Shown: positions 23,853-37,239 of the stretch, piece by piece
Layout of the letters: every line of letters begins with the position of its first letter
Position numbering within the stretch: the stretch's first letter is position 1
Assembly: GCF_006345805.1 (NCBI RefSeq)
Contig: NC_043014.1
Span: 47,058,001-47,122,000, forward strand
Direction: 5' to 3'
Origin: Octopus sinensis
Lineage: Eukaryota
Length of the DNA: 64,000 nt
The notes under the pieces: model-generated
The model's input: the letters and a program-made list of their open reading frames with translations, nothing else
Told to the model about the DNA's origin: nothing
The model's database searches: none
Made by a program: the position numbers and the translations under genes

Positions 23853-24599
23853 ATGCCACACTCCACGATGCTGCTGGCCCATCTCGGAATCTACCTGATC
23901 CTGCTTCCTACATTCTTATACGCAGACATCCCAGTTTGGCGAGCGGACAACTACCCTCACCCGAGAAATCAATATGTCTTGTGTAAACAAAACAAACCAG
24001 AATGGTTGTGTGATCCGGACGGTCTTTTGGACAACAACGCAAAGGACATTCTTAATTTGGTGCTGGAAGAAATGAACGTTAAGTATACGTTGTGCCCTTG
24101 CAGTGCCTGGGAGTGTGAGAGCAACTCTGGTGGCTACTATACTTCGGTTATTCTGGCCAAGAAGATCGAGACGGGCACCAACACCAGCCAAGCTGCGCTT
24201 CTGAATAATGCCATTGGTTTCGTGTCTGAGCTCGACAAACGTTGGTCGTTCAAAGAAGAGCGATGCGAAGAAGGAATCATCTTGTTCTATTCCCGGGACG
24301 ACAACACTTTACTGACCTACAGTGGTAAAACGGCACGCAAGGTCCTTACCCCGGAACTGATCCGTGAAATTACCGAAAAGGCGGGCCAACATTTCCTCCC
24401 CGATGAGAATATTTCTGTGGGTTTGCTGAAAATGGTCGGAGACTATCGTCAGGTGTTGAATAACCATTATGTACCACAATCGAAACACCTTGGAGGTGAA
24501 GAATTAATTGGTTCTACCATCAGACCTCTGCCTTACATCTTTCTCCACCTGTTCTTACTCGTCCTTTCTGTTACCCTCTTCTCCTTCCTCGGTAACTAA
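23853..24599 (+). CDS. TPM (DUF477)-domain protein, MOLO-1 (modulator of levamisole receptor-1)-like; signal peptide and probable GPI-anchor signal
   Basis: Hydrophobic N-terminus (MLLAHLGIYLILLPTFLYA); W..DNYPHP...C...WLCDPDGLL motif typical of metazoan MOLO-1-like TPM proteins; conserved-looking CEEGIILFYSRDD and TG..AR..LT segments; hydrophobic C-terminus ending at the stop with no cytoplasmic tail; AATAAA at ~24884. Confidence 0.8.
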   Translation: MPHSTMLLAHLGIYLILLPTFLYADIPVWRADNYPHPRNQYVLCKQNKPEWLCDPDGLLDNNAKDILNLVLEEMNVKYTLCPCSAWECESNSGGYYTSVILAKKIETGTNTSQAALLNNAIGFVSELDKRWSFKEERCEEGIILFYSRDDNTLLTYSGKTARKVLTPELIREITEKAGQHFLPDENISVGLLKMVGDYRQVLNNHYVPQSKHLGGEELIGSTIRPLPYIFLHLFLLVLSVTLFSFLGN

Positions 24600-25730
24600 G
24601 AAAACCCTTCCAGCCATGCCAGTCTCTTCTCTGCTTTTTTTTTTTCTCTCTCTCTCTGCAAAGTTGTTCATCTTTTAACAACAACAAAAAAACGGCTCCA
24701 ACCATTCTATATAGACACACACAAAATCGGTTTCGCTAATAACGATGATAAGGATTTTTTCTTACACAGACTCCAGATTTTGAGGTCGAGGAAATGTCTC
24801 CATTGAGGTAAACCAAACGGTAACGGGTTCGATCCCCCATCAGAATCTCACAACTGCGCCAACAACCACCACCAAGTGTCAATAATAAATGCCACTCACA
24901 CTTCAGTGCCTTCTCTGTTCGAAGTAACATTTCATTGTGGAGAGCAATACTGTTAATCAATAATAGCCAGAACCTGTATCGATTAATTATCGAACCACTG
25001 GTTTTTTGGTTTAATTTTTTCTCTTTTCTTTCGTTTGGAATTAACTCTTCCTTACTACTTGAGACAATTTCAAAAACACACATGTATATTATATATGCTC
25101 ACATATATACCAATGGAAATATATACACACCAGTGGATATATATATACATACATATATATATATATATTAGTGGAAATGTATAACAACCGTCTGAAAAGT
25201 ATGGAAGACAAGAAAGACCACCAAAATACAATCCTCCAAGACAGTTGGGATTTCAGCAAGAATTCAACCAACGTTTCTAGTATTTATTTGTTAAAACTTA
25301 TTTTTTGATAATTTTCTATTTTATATCTTCGAAATATTGAGATTTCCACATTCTTGGATTGTTATCACTTTCAGTAATCTTCATATTTAATACTAATTAT
25401 AACAGTTAAAAGTCAAAGAGATTTTGTTAAGATAAGTTTGTTTTTTTTTTAGTATTTTTGTTTCAAATTTTTAATTGTTTTCCTCTTTTAATTTGTTTTT
25501 TAAGTGACAGGACTTTAAATTTTAGAAATAATGTATCATTTGTTTTTTGCTTTTTTTTTTCCGAATTATCACATCAATTTTTTTTTTAAAGATAAAATTG
25601 CAATAAATCAAATTAGAAGAAAGTTTTCACATTGTTTGCTGAGGTGACTGACATATATTTTTGTTATACTAGGAAAAAGTACATCGATATATATATGAGT
25701 TTGTGTGTGTGTGTATATATATATATATAT

Positions 25731-25767
<37 letters not shown>

Positions 25768-25873
25768 TCAAGTTTTATCTATCCATATATGTGTATATAT
25801 AAATATATATATATTATTTATCTATTCATATGTGTGTGTGTGTATATATATATATATTATTTATCTATTCATA

Positions 25874-25914
<41 letters not shown>

Positions 25915-25945
25915 TATATATATATATTATTTATCTATCCATATA

Positions 25946-25978
<33 letters not shown>

Positions 25979-26677
25979 AATGTTATCACCAGCCACAAAT
26001 GCTTGTGGCAGATTCGAACTCGTAAGCAAGCCCTTCACGGTGTGAATGAGTTCGAATCTGCCACGGGCATATTTGAGCTGGTAATAATATTGCATTTTTA
26101 CACATCACTGCTTAGCACTCCCACCCCGTAATAAATACACATGAATGTATATGTATAGATCTACATGTACATCTGTGTGTGTGATTGTGTGATTATGTGA
26201 TGTGCATCGTTTTTATTTATACGTAATTAATTCCGAAAAAAAAAACAAATTTATTTGGAAATGGAAATTAAAACCTGAAGAATCGAATTTTATAAAAGAA
26301 GAAAACGACCCACGTCTAAGTTAAATAATAAATATTTAAATCAAAAAAGAAAGTTTAAATTTGCCTCAAAATATTTGACTTTATATATAAACCTCCGTTT
26401 AAAAAAAAAAAAGTCGTTTTATATTTCCATTAGCAATTAGCAGGAAGTTTGTTTATAAATGAGCCAGGCATCTGTTGGTTGATGGAAATTCTATTGATGC
26501 CTCATCTTTTTGAGTTCTTCCTTCGTGAGTCACCAAGCTCTACCTTTTAATTCCAGCCCCACCCTCTCTCTCTTCTCACAAGTTTTGGTGGGGAAATGTG
26601 TGAATGCCACCAAATCATTCACACATTCTTGATATAGAATAGAATTCGGTTAATATATTAACCTAGAATTCTTAATT

Positions 26678-26716
<39 letters not shown>

Positions 26717-26819
26717 CTGTTCATTATCAGAAATTAAGGTGTGTTGATCGATGTACCTTCCTTCCGCCCATGCTAAACGAGAGAGGACGTTACCATTACT
26801 TCTGTAAAAAAAATACTTC

Positions 26820-27180
26820 CTCTTCTAGTGCACTAGTCTCTACGTGGTCGTTCGGTCTGCTAGAAAGCGCAGCTAAGTCACTTTCAAATTACACCCTGTT
26901 GGAATAATATAGTTTTGGGGTTGACTATCCCTACGAGATGATCACGGTTGGAATATCTTTCATCATAGTTTAGATAGATTAAAGTTGGCTCGAAGTTGGC
27001 TCCTCTAGTGCACTAGTCTCTACGTGGTCGTTCGGTCTGCTAGAAAGCGCAGCTAAATCACTTTCAAATAACACCCTGTTGGAATAATATAGTTTTGGGG
27101 TTGACTATCCCTACGAGATGATCACGGTTGGAATATCTTTCAGCATAGTTCTGCTAGATTGCAGTTGGGTCGAAGTTAAA
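26820..27180 (+). repeat. Recent ~180-bp tandem duplication
   Basis: CTAGTGCACTAGTCTCTACGTGGTCG...GGAATATCTTTCA occurs twice back-to-back with only a few substitutions. Confidence 0.9.
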
Positions 27181-28055
27181 CAACTTTACTATGTGGGAGT
27201 GAGGATCGGGTGAGATGATATTTTTTGTAAAAATGTTATTTTGACCAACGTCAATTTAAAGAACTTGCGCCTCCCGACAACGGGTGGTCTTATGGAATTA
27301 TTGAGGTGGCCACGATTCTACTATATTGTGGGACACAAGTAATCTAATTGAGCGTATGAACACCACATCTCAGCCATTACAATACATGCCTGTTGCTGCT
27401 ATTAGGAAATCAATAAATGGAAACTTAAACCTGCTTTTGATTTTACTGTTGGCAAGGCATGAACATCATTGATTCACGTCCCCTCCTATAAATCTGTTCA
27501 GAGTTCAACAGAGTTTTGGTGCTAACGAAACATTTTTTTACCTGTGACCAATATTAATTCTTCCTTGACCCTTTTTTTGGAGAGGCATGATGGTCACAAG
27601 TTTATCGATCTGATGTGCTTTGTGTAAGAAATCAAAAATATTGTTGTTGTTATTAAAATATTTGACAAATATTTTTCTACCCATTTTTATATTTTTGTCC
27701 TTTTTTTTTTCTCCAGTTTATTTCTAAACCAAACCAATTCTTGTGAACATCAATCGTCCTGTCTTTGATTTCACATTCTCGTGTGACGCTTGCCAGTAAC
27801 CCCCCCCCCATCTCTCTCTCTCTCCCCTCTGTGCCTGTGGCACACAAAAAGCATCCACTACTCTCTCGGAGTGGTTGGCATTAGGAAGGGCATCCAGCTG
27901 TAGAAACATTGCCAGATCAGACTGGGGCCTGGTGCAGCTGCTGGTTCTCCAGACCTCAGTCAAATCGTCCAACCCATGCCAGCATAGAAAACAGACGTTA
28001 AATGAGATGTATATATATATATATGTGTGTGTATATATATATATATATATATACA

Positions 28056-28202
28056 CGTATTTCAAAATAGAAAATTACTCTTTAACAGGTAATTTTACAT
28101 GCTAGAAATTTGCTATAAAATTGTGGTTTTTTGGCCATGTTGGCTGCTATTTCTAGCATGTAAAATTACCTATTAAAGAGTAATTTTCTATTTTGAAATA
28201 CG
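28056..28202. repeat. Hairpin with ~54-bp arms (1 mismatch) and ~40-nt loop, next to (TA)n
   Basis: CGTATTTCAAAATAGAAAATTACTCTTTAA...GCTAGAAAT and its reverse complement. Confidence 0.88.
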
Positions 28203-28282
28203 AATATGTTGTCTATTGACCTTTTATACATGCTCGTTATAAATATGACCACTGGTGGTGATATTTATAACGAGTATTTGCC

Positions 28283-28327
<45 letters not shown>

Positions 28328-31300
28328 CTTAGGTGCCTATGGGCTCATGACCAAATATAGACACCTTCTCACCCCGCTTGACCCAGTGGATGTGATAACT
28401 GGAAGACGAGGAGGCTGCACTGGACTGGTGCTCATTTCTAACTGATGAGCGTGAAACACTGTGATGAAGCCTCTTGCTCAAGGATACAGTGAACTGGAAC
28501 TAAACTCACAACCTAATATTGAGGAGCTATAAAGGCTTAAATTACCGGACCATCATCCTTTTTATGTCTGCTTTCTCGTGCTGGTATGAGTTAGACAAGA
28601 CTTATTAAGGTACTGTATTTTCTGGCGAACAAGTCAACAGGAGTGGCTGTGTGGTAAGTAGCTTGCTAACCAACCACATGGTTCCGGGTTCAGTCCCACT
28701 GCGTGGCATCTTGGGCAAGTGTCTTCTGCTATAGCCCCGGGCCGACCAATGCCTTCTGAGTGGATTTGGTAGACAGAAACTGAAAGAAGCCTGTCGCATA
28801 TATGTATATATGTGTGTCTGTGTTTGTCCCCCTAGCATTGCTTGACAACCGATGCTGGTGTGTTTACGTCCCCGTCACTTAGCAGTTCGGCAAAAGAGAC
28901 TGATAGAATAAGTACTGGGCTTACAAAGAATAAGTCCCGGGGTCGATTTGCTCGACTAAAGGCAGTGCTCCAGCATGGCCGCAGTCAAATGACTGAAACA
29001 AGTAAAAGAGTAAAGAGTATGATATATAGTGTAAACATGTAGTGTAAACATTGAAACATTGTCACTATCTTTCCAAATCCTGTTGCATTTCACATGGAAG
29101 GGTCCTCCAAAGTCGTTTTGGTGTATTAGTCAACCTACCTTTTTTTTTCACTGTAAATTTTGATCCGAAAAATTCAACTTTTGTGCTGGAAAATATCATG
29201 CCTTTCTACAGCTGAATGCCTTTCTGTCAGCAGTCTTTGTTCTTCAAGTACAATGTTTTTATTCCTCTGGTGATGACAGGGATGGTGGTGCTTATAGGTT
29301 GAAACTGATGTAATAATCACTGAAATGCCAGTTTTTTTTTGTGTACTGGTGAATGTAAATAATTTCTTTTATTCTTTTACTTGTTTCAGTCATTTGACTG
29401 CAGGTATGTTGGGACACTGCCTTGAAAGGTTTTTAGTCAGAAAAACTGACCCCTAGACTTATTTTTTTAAGCCTAGTACTTATTCTCTATCAGTCTCTTT
29501 TGCTGAACAACTAAATTATGGGGTGATCAAGTCGTGGGAGGGGACAAACACAGACACAAAGACACGTGCACACACACATATATATACACATACACACAAC
29601 TGGCTTCTTTCAGTTTCCTGCAACCAAATCCACTCACAAGGTTTTGGTCAACCTGAGGCTATAGAAGAAGACTCTTGCCCATGGTACCACGGAGCAGAAC
29701 TGAACTCAGAGCCATGCGGTTGGGAAGCAAGCTTCTTGCCACACAGTCACTGATTTTATTCAAATGGTGTTAATAACGATACGTAGAAGCTATATCACAC
29801 ACACACACACATGTATAATGATTTGAAATTTTGGATTCTGAAACAGCAATTTTAAGGGAAGGGGTAAGTCGATTACAACAACCCCAGTATACAACTGGTA
29901 CTTATTTTATTAACCCTGAAAGGATAAAAAGTAAAGACAACCTCAACAGAATTTGAACTTGGAACAATTCTGCTAGCTTGCTACCTTATGTTGTAATATA
30001 ATAATAGCCAATATAAAAGTTGGTTGGTTGGTTGATTTCTCCAGTCACACTTTGCATCATATAGATTGGGGAATAGAGAGAGAGAGAGAGTAAAAGAAAG
30101 ATACTGAATTAAAAGGTACAGAATGAGTGCACATAGTAAGCTTGGTGACTGGAAATGAGTAAAAGAATACTCAACACACACACATTCAGTAAAAGAGAAA
30201 GAATCAGAGATAGAAACATTGGAGGAAGAGAGGGAGTAAATTATAGTTATGAGAGGAGTTTACAAATGAGAAATGTTTTATTTAATTCTATTTTAAAAGT
30301 AATAAATATCTTTTCTTTTGAAAATTAGTATTTTTTTCATCATTTTGTATAAGCACCAAGAAATTTGTTGAAAGTTAAATTACAATTATTGTATGACTGC
30401 CATATTTCCTGATGTTACCCATAGTGGCAAAAGTATACTTCCAAAATTACACAACATATAACTGGTAACACGCTAGTATGTATATCATCATCATTATCAT
30501 TTAACATCCGTTTTTCCGTGCTGGCATGAGTTGGACAATTTGACAGGAGCTGGCAAGCCAGAAGACTACACCTCGTTTCACCATCTCTTTTGGTATGGTT
30601 TCTACAGCGGGATGCCCTTCCTAATGACAACCACCTTAGAGTTGACAGTGCTTTTTACGTAGCACCATCACTGGTGAGGTCTGTTTTGGCATGGTTTTTT
30701 TATGGCTGGATGCTCTTCCTAATGCAAACCACTTTACACACACACATATCTAATGTAACATATATATTCTCTTTTATCTCTTTTACTTGTTTCAGTCATT
30801 TGACTGCGGCCATGTTGGAGCACCGCCTTTAGTCAAGCAAATCGACCCCAGGACTTATTCTTTGTAAGCCTAGTACTTATCCTATCGGTCTCTTTTGCCG
30901 AACCGCTAAGTAACGGGGACGTAAACACACCAGCATCGGTTGTCAAGCAATGTTGGGGAGACAAACACACACACACACATATTACATATACATATATATA
31001 TATATATATGACGAGCTTCTTTCAGTTTCTAACAAATCCACTCAGAAGGCTTTGGTCGGCCCGAGGCTATAGTAGAAGATACTTGCCCAAGGTGCCACGC
31101 AGTGGGACTGAACCTGGAACTGTGTGGTTGGTAAGCAAGCTACTTACCACACAGCCACTCCTTACTACATGTATACATATATATCCATTGCCAACCTGGA
31201 AAACAAACATTAAATGTGATGATATATAAAAGGCACAAGCACTTTTGACACAGGCATATACGCATAATGAACTTTTAGTTTCCGCCTACCAAATTTGCTC

Positions 31301-31651
31301 ACAATGTTTCCCTTGGCCCAAAGCTATAATAAAATACATTTGCCCAAAGTGCTGCACAATGCAATTGAACCCGGAACCACATGGTTAGGAATTGAGCTAT
31401 GCATACACCTACATACATGATGATGATCTTTTGTATTATGTACTTACATAGACGGATGACAAAATGAAAGGAAATCAGCTGCCAAACCATTAAAATTAGT
31501 GAACGAAATTTTATCTTGAAAAGTTTATATAAATGTTTATCTTTCATAGAAATCACGCCCATTTGTTATGTTTGTGACAATGGCTCTTTTCTCTGGAGCA
31601 TTTGTGCATTGAATTCTAACACCAGGTTATTAGTATTGCTATGTCTAAGCT

Positions 31652-31688
<37 letters not shown>

Positions 31689-31840
31689 TCTTTTACTTGT
31701 TTCAGTCATTTGACTGCGGCCATGCTGGAGCACTGCCTTTAGTCGAGCAAATCGACCCCGGGACTTATTCTTTGGAAGCCTAGTACTTATTCTATTGGTC
31801 TCTTTTACTGAATCGCTAAGTTACGGGAACGTAAACACAC

Positions 31841-32075
31841 CAGCATCAGTTGTCAAGCGATGTTGGGGGAGACAAACACTGACACACAAACATATACACA
31901 CACATACATATATACGACGGGCTTCTTTCAGATTCCGTCTACCAAATCCACTCACAAGGCTTTGGTCGGCCCGAGGCTGTAGTTGAAGACACTTGCCCAA
32001 GATGCCACACAGTGGGACTGAACCCGGAACCATGTGGTTGGTAAGCAAGCTACTTACCACACATCCACTCCTGCG

Positions 32076-32111
<36 letters not shown>

Positions 32112-32965
32112 TATTTTATCTAGTTTCAGCTCACGAGCTGTGGCCATGCTGGGGCACAACCATATAGGTTTATCTTTTACTTTTTTTCAGACATTTGACT
32201 CTGGGCCATGCTGGAGCAAGGCAAATGGCCAAGTGGTTAGGGTATTCGACTCATGATGTAATGTCATGAGTTCAAAAACTGGTGTTGCATTGTGTCCTTG
32301 AACAAAGTGCTTTATTTCACGTTGGTTCAGTCCACTCAGCTGGTAAAAATTATTGTACCTGTAATTCACAAGGAGCCAGCCTTGTGTCACATTCTGTGCC
32401 ACACTGAGTCTCCCTGAAAACTAGATTAAGGATGCACACGTCTGTGCAGTGCTCAGCCACTTGCAGGTTAATTTCACAAGCAGGCTGTTCCGTTGATCGG
32501 ATCAACTGGAATCTTTGTTGTCATAACCGATGGGGTGCCTGGGATTTTATATTATTGCATACTCTTTTCTTTTCTTTTAATCTTTTACTTGTTTCAGTCA
32601 TTTGACTGCGGCCATGCTGGAGCACCGCCTTTAGTCGAGCAAATCGACCCCGGGACTTATTCTTTGTTAGCCCAGTACTTATTCTATCGGTCACTTTTGC
32701 CGAACCGCTAAGTGACGGGGACGTAAACACCAGCATCAGTTGTCAAGCGATGTTGGGGGAGACAAACACTGACACACAAACATATACACACACATACATA
32801 TATACGACGGGCTTCTTTCAGATTCCGTCTACCAAATCCACTCACAAGGCTTTGGTCGGCCCGAGGCTGTAGTTGAAGACACTTGCCCAAGATGCCACAC
32901 AGTGGGACTGAACCCGGAACCATGTGGTTGGTAAGCAAGCTACTTACCACACATCCACTCCTGCG

Positions 32966-33007
<42 letters not shown>

Positions 33008-33640
33008 ATTTTATCTAGTTTCAGCTCACGAGCTGTGGCCATGCTGGGGCACAACCATATAGGTTTATCTTTTACTTTTTTTCAGACATTTGACTCTGGG
33101 CCATGCTGGAGCAAGGCAAATGGCCAAGTGGTTAGGGTATTCGACTCATGATGTAATGTCATGAGTTCAAAAACTGGTGTTGCATTGTGTCCTTGAACAA
33201 AGTGCTTTATTTCACGTTGGTTCAGTCCACTCAGCTGGTAAAAATTATTGTACCTGTAATTCACAAGGAGCCAGCCTTGTGTCACATTCTGTGCCACACT
33301 GAGTCTCCCTGAAAACTAGATTAAGGATGCACACGTCTGTGCAGTGCTCAGCCACTTGCAGGTTAATTTCACAAGCAGGCTGTTCCGTTGATCGGATCAA
33401 CTGGAATCTTTGTTGTCATAACCGATGGGGTGCCTGGGATTTTATATTATTGCATACTCTTTTCTTTTCTTTTAATCTTTTACTTGTTTCAGTCATTTGA
33501 CTGCGGCCATGCTGGAGCACCGCCTTTAGTCGAGCAAATCGACCCCGGGACTTATTCTTTGTTAGCCCAGTACTTATTCTATCGGTCACTTTTGCCGAAC
33601 CGCTAAGTGACGGGGACGTAAACACCAGCATCAGTTGTCA
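31841..33640 (+). repeat. ~895-bp near-identical tandem duplication with breakpoints inside family-A SINEs
   Basis: 31841-~32740 recurs at ~32730-33640, differing visibly only in (TA)n length. Confidence 0.93.
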
Positions 33641-34794
33641 AGCAATGCTAGGGGGACAAACACAGACACACAAACACACACACATCATCATCATCATCAT
33701 CATCGTTTAGCATCCGCTTTCCATGATGGCATGGGTTGGACGGTTCAACTGGGGTTTGGGAAGCCAGAAGGCTGCACCAGGCCCAGTCTAATCTGGCAAT
33801 GTTTCTATGGCTGGATGCCCTTCCTAATGCCATATATATATATATATATGTATGTATCATCATCATCATCATATATATATATATACATATATATACATAT
33901 ATATGACAGACTTCTTTCAGTTTACCAAATCCACTCACAAGGCATTGGTCGGCCTGGGGCTATAGCAGAAGACACTTGCCCAAGATGCCACGCATTGGAA
34001 CTGAACCCGGAATCATGTGGTTGGTTAGCAAGCTACTTACCACACAGCCACTCCTGCTTAATTTTATTTGTTTACACCAAGTTATGTAGATTTACGGCAA
34101 AGCAATAGCAGTGGTAGTGGTCAGTCCAGTGTCAGCTTTAATTATTCATGCTTTGCATAAATATTGTATTTAGGATCAGGGATTTAAGAAAGACCTGACT
34201 GCTATTTCTTGCAGACTGAATGACTATACAGCTTCTCCCTGCTTCCTCATAGTATGGTACAAGTTGGCTAAATGTCATATTTGAAATTAGTGTACTGTTA
34301 TTTGTATAGGTTTGAAGGGTTAACATAGAGGTTGGCCTTTGGTGTGTCTGTGACTCCATTCTCTCTTTTACTTGTTTCAGTCATTTGACTGCGGCCATGC
34401 CGGAGCACCACCTTTAGTCGAGCAAATCAACCCCGGGACTTATTCTTTGTAAGCCCAGTACTTATTCTATCGGTCTCTTTTTGCCGAACCGCTAAGTGAC
34501 AGGGACATAAACACATCAGCATCGGTTGTCAAGCAATGCTAGGGGGACAAACACAGACACACAAATATACACACACATACATATATATATACGATGGGCT
34601 TCTTTCAGTTTCCATCTACCAAATCCACTTACAAGGCTTTGATTGGCCTGAGGCTATTGTAGAAGACACTTGCCCAAGGTGCCACGCAGTGGGACTGAAC
34701 CCGGAACCATGTGGTTGGTAAGCAAGCTACTTACCACACAGCCACTCCTGCGCCCATTGTGTGTAAATATTTCACTTCACAGCCATTTGTGCTA

Positions 34795-35700
34795 ATCATC
34801 ATCATTATCGTTTAACATCCACTTTCTATGCTGGCATGGGTTGGACGATTTGACTGAGGACATTACATTACACGTCCAGCGGAGCATACTGGCTTCATTC
34901 CTTGCAAGCTTACACATGTCCTCAGCAGTCACGGCCCATGTTTCACTGCCATGTCGCATGGCTGTTCGTACACATGCGTCATACAGTCTACCTTTTACTC
35001 TGAGCGAGAGGCCCTTTGTCACCAGCAGAGGTAGGAGCTCTCTGAACTTTGCCCAGGCTATTCTTATTCTAGCAGCTACATTTTCAGAGTACCCACCCCC
35101 GCTACTGACTTGGTCACCTAGGTAACAGAAGCTATCAACTACTTCTAGTTTTTCTCCCTGGAATGTGGCAGAAGTTGTTCTCTGCACATTTTCAGTGTTT
35201 ATTTCTCCTGAGCATCTGCCACATACAAAACTATCTTCCCAATTAGCCTTCCTTTGAGATTGCTGCACCTCTTGTGTCCATAGCTTACACTGGGTACATC
35301 TTATAGAGTTTCTACCTTCGCTTTTTCTACAGATCGAACAGGGCCATCTAACTGAAGGTATTTGTGGTTTGTCTGCCTTCCTACTTATTAGGACTTTGGT
35401 TTTAGCTAGGTTGACTCTAAGGTCCTTCGATTCTAATCCTTGCTTCCACACCTGAAACTTCTCCTCTAGTTCTGATAGTATCTCGGCAATTAGAGTAAGG
35501 TCATCAGCATAGAGGAGCTCCCAGGGGCATCCTGTCATTAATTCCTCTGTTATTGCCTGGAGGACTATGATAAATAGGAGGGGCCTGAGGACTGAACCTT
35601 GGTGGACTCCTACCTTTACCTCAAATTCTTCACTGTACTTGTTGCCAACCCTCACCTTACTGACAGCGTCCCTGTACATGGCTTGCACAGCTCTCACTAA
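34795..35700 (-). mobile_element. RTE-clade LINE fragment (RT C-terminal half + Cys-rich insert), internally deleted and joined to a (GAT)n-tailed 3' end
   Basis: GVHQGSVL.PLLF, LLYADD, NLAKTKV, CSIC...CTQC...CGRC, FCYLGD, RI..AWAKF, YGSETW-like RHGSETW; the last ~60 nt match the 3' end of retroposon family B. Confidence 0.92.
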
Positions 35701-36703
35701 TGTTTTTAAGAAAAGCGTGAATGACATTAATTCTATTTATTGCCTTTACGAATACACCCTAACATATCTTCTCTAATAAAATTTTGAATTTATCTCTGTG
35801 AGGCACAAGTGTGGCTGTGTGGTAAGAAGTTTCCTTCCCAACCACATGATTCCAGGTTCAGTTCTACTTTGTGGCACCTTGAGCAAGTGTCTTCTAGTAT
35901 AACACCAGGTCAACCAAAGCCTTGTGAGTGGATTTGGCAGGCAGAAACTGAAAGAAGCCCATTGTATGTATATATATATATGTGTGTGTGTGTATGTGTG
36001 CATGCGTGTTACTGTCTCATTGCCTAGATTTCACGTGATGGTTGTGACTGAATGTCACTATCATATAAGTGGTGCCCTTCATTTCCAATCTTCTGTGAAA
36101 ACATGTCTCTGGTCATGGGGAATTTTACCTTATTTGGAAACAGGTGAGGGTTGGTGTCAGGGAGAGCATCCAGCTATAGAAAATCTGCCTCAATAAATTT
36201 CATCTAATCCATGCAAGTATAGAAAGTTCAACATTAAATGATGATGATGATGATATTAAATGATAGGGTGGCGAGCTGGCAGAACTGTTAGCATGCCGGG
36301 TGAAATGCGTAGCCGTATTTCGTCTGCCATTACGTTCTGAGTTCAAATTCCGCCGAGGTCGACTTTGCCTTTCATCCTTTCGGGGTCGATAAATTAAGTA
36401 CCAGTTACGCACTGGGGTCGATGTAATCAACTTAATCCATTTATCACTCCTTGTTTGTCCCCTTGTGGGTAGTAAAGAAATAGATCTAAAGGAATTTTTA
36501 TTTGTGATATACCAGGAAGATGGCACCATCCGCATAGTAGTGATGTTAAATTGACTCCCAACCTCAGGTACCATGACATCTATTGTGTTGTCTCTTGCCC
36601 CACAACATTCCTTATATGATTAATTTCAGGGTTGTCTCCTATGTCTTTTTTTTTTTACGGTTGTTCTCATCATTGGAAATATAACTCTAACTTAAAATTT
36701 CTA

Positions 36704-37113
36704 GGATCTTTTCGGTTTGAACGGCAGTGTTTAACATAATTTCTAGGTAACTAAAAAGTTTTAAACTTCGTATACTGGTAGAATGTGTTTATAAAACATC
36801 TTTTTCTCTTGGCTTTATTGAGAAAATTCTATAGTTTGTAAGATATTTGTCATTTTTTTTTCTTCAATTTCTGCAATTTCAACCAATCACTGACGTCTAT
36901 TGAGTTAAAAAGCATTCTGTGCCGTATGAATTGAATATGTCCCTCGTTTAAGAAACAGATTGGGTTTATTTACATCTGTGAAGAAAAAAAGATACCCTAA
37001 CCCTAACCCTAAAATAGATTGAAATGCAATAGATCGATACTAGGGTCATAATTATGGGTGACAATTTCATATGACACCACTAGAAAAAACTGCCGTTCAA
37101 ACTGAAAAGATCC
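36704..37113. mobile_element. Merlin-like MITE family M2 (other copies 2600-3010, 21420-21813; partials ~4660-4875, ~53090-53290)
   Basis: TIR GGATCTTTTCGGTTTGAACGGCAG; exact 8-bp TSD AATTTCTA (36696-36703 / 37114-37121). Confidence 0.8.
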
Positions 37114-37239
37114 AATTTCTAAGTTTATTACCTCAAATATTTAATTAACCATCTTACTGTTACTTAATTCAACTTCACTTTATGTGACTTACAAGAAACG
37201 GATTTATGATTGAGTGATAGAAATGGCAGCCTTTTGTAA

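Noticed and set aside
28441-28470. Hammerhead (CTGATGAGCGTGAAAC); similarly 55056-55086 and 63375-63520
   Set aside because: No valid UH cleavage site or no stem I pairing. The first belongs to a degenerate SINE-like fragment; the others are too decayed to call.
36994-37012. Interstitial telomere (CCCTAA)n
   Set aside because: Only about three units, and they are part of MITE M2's internal sequence (also seen as TTAGGGTTAGGG at ~2700 and ~21520).
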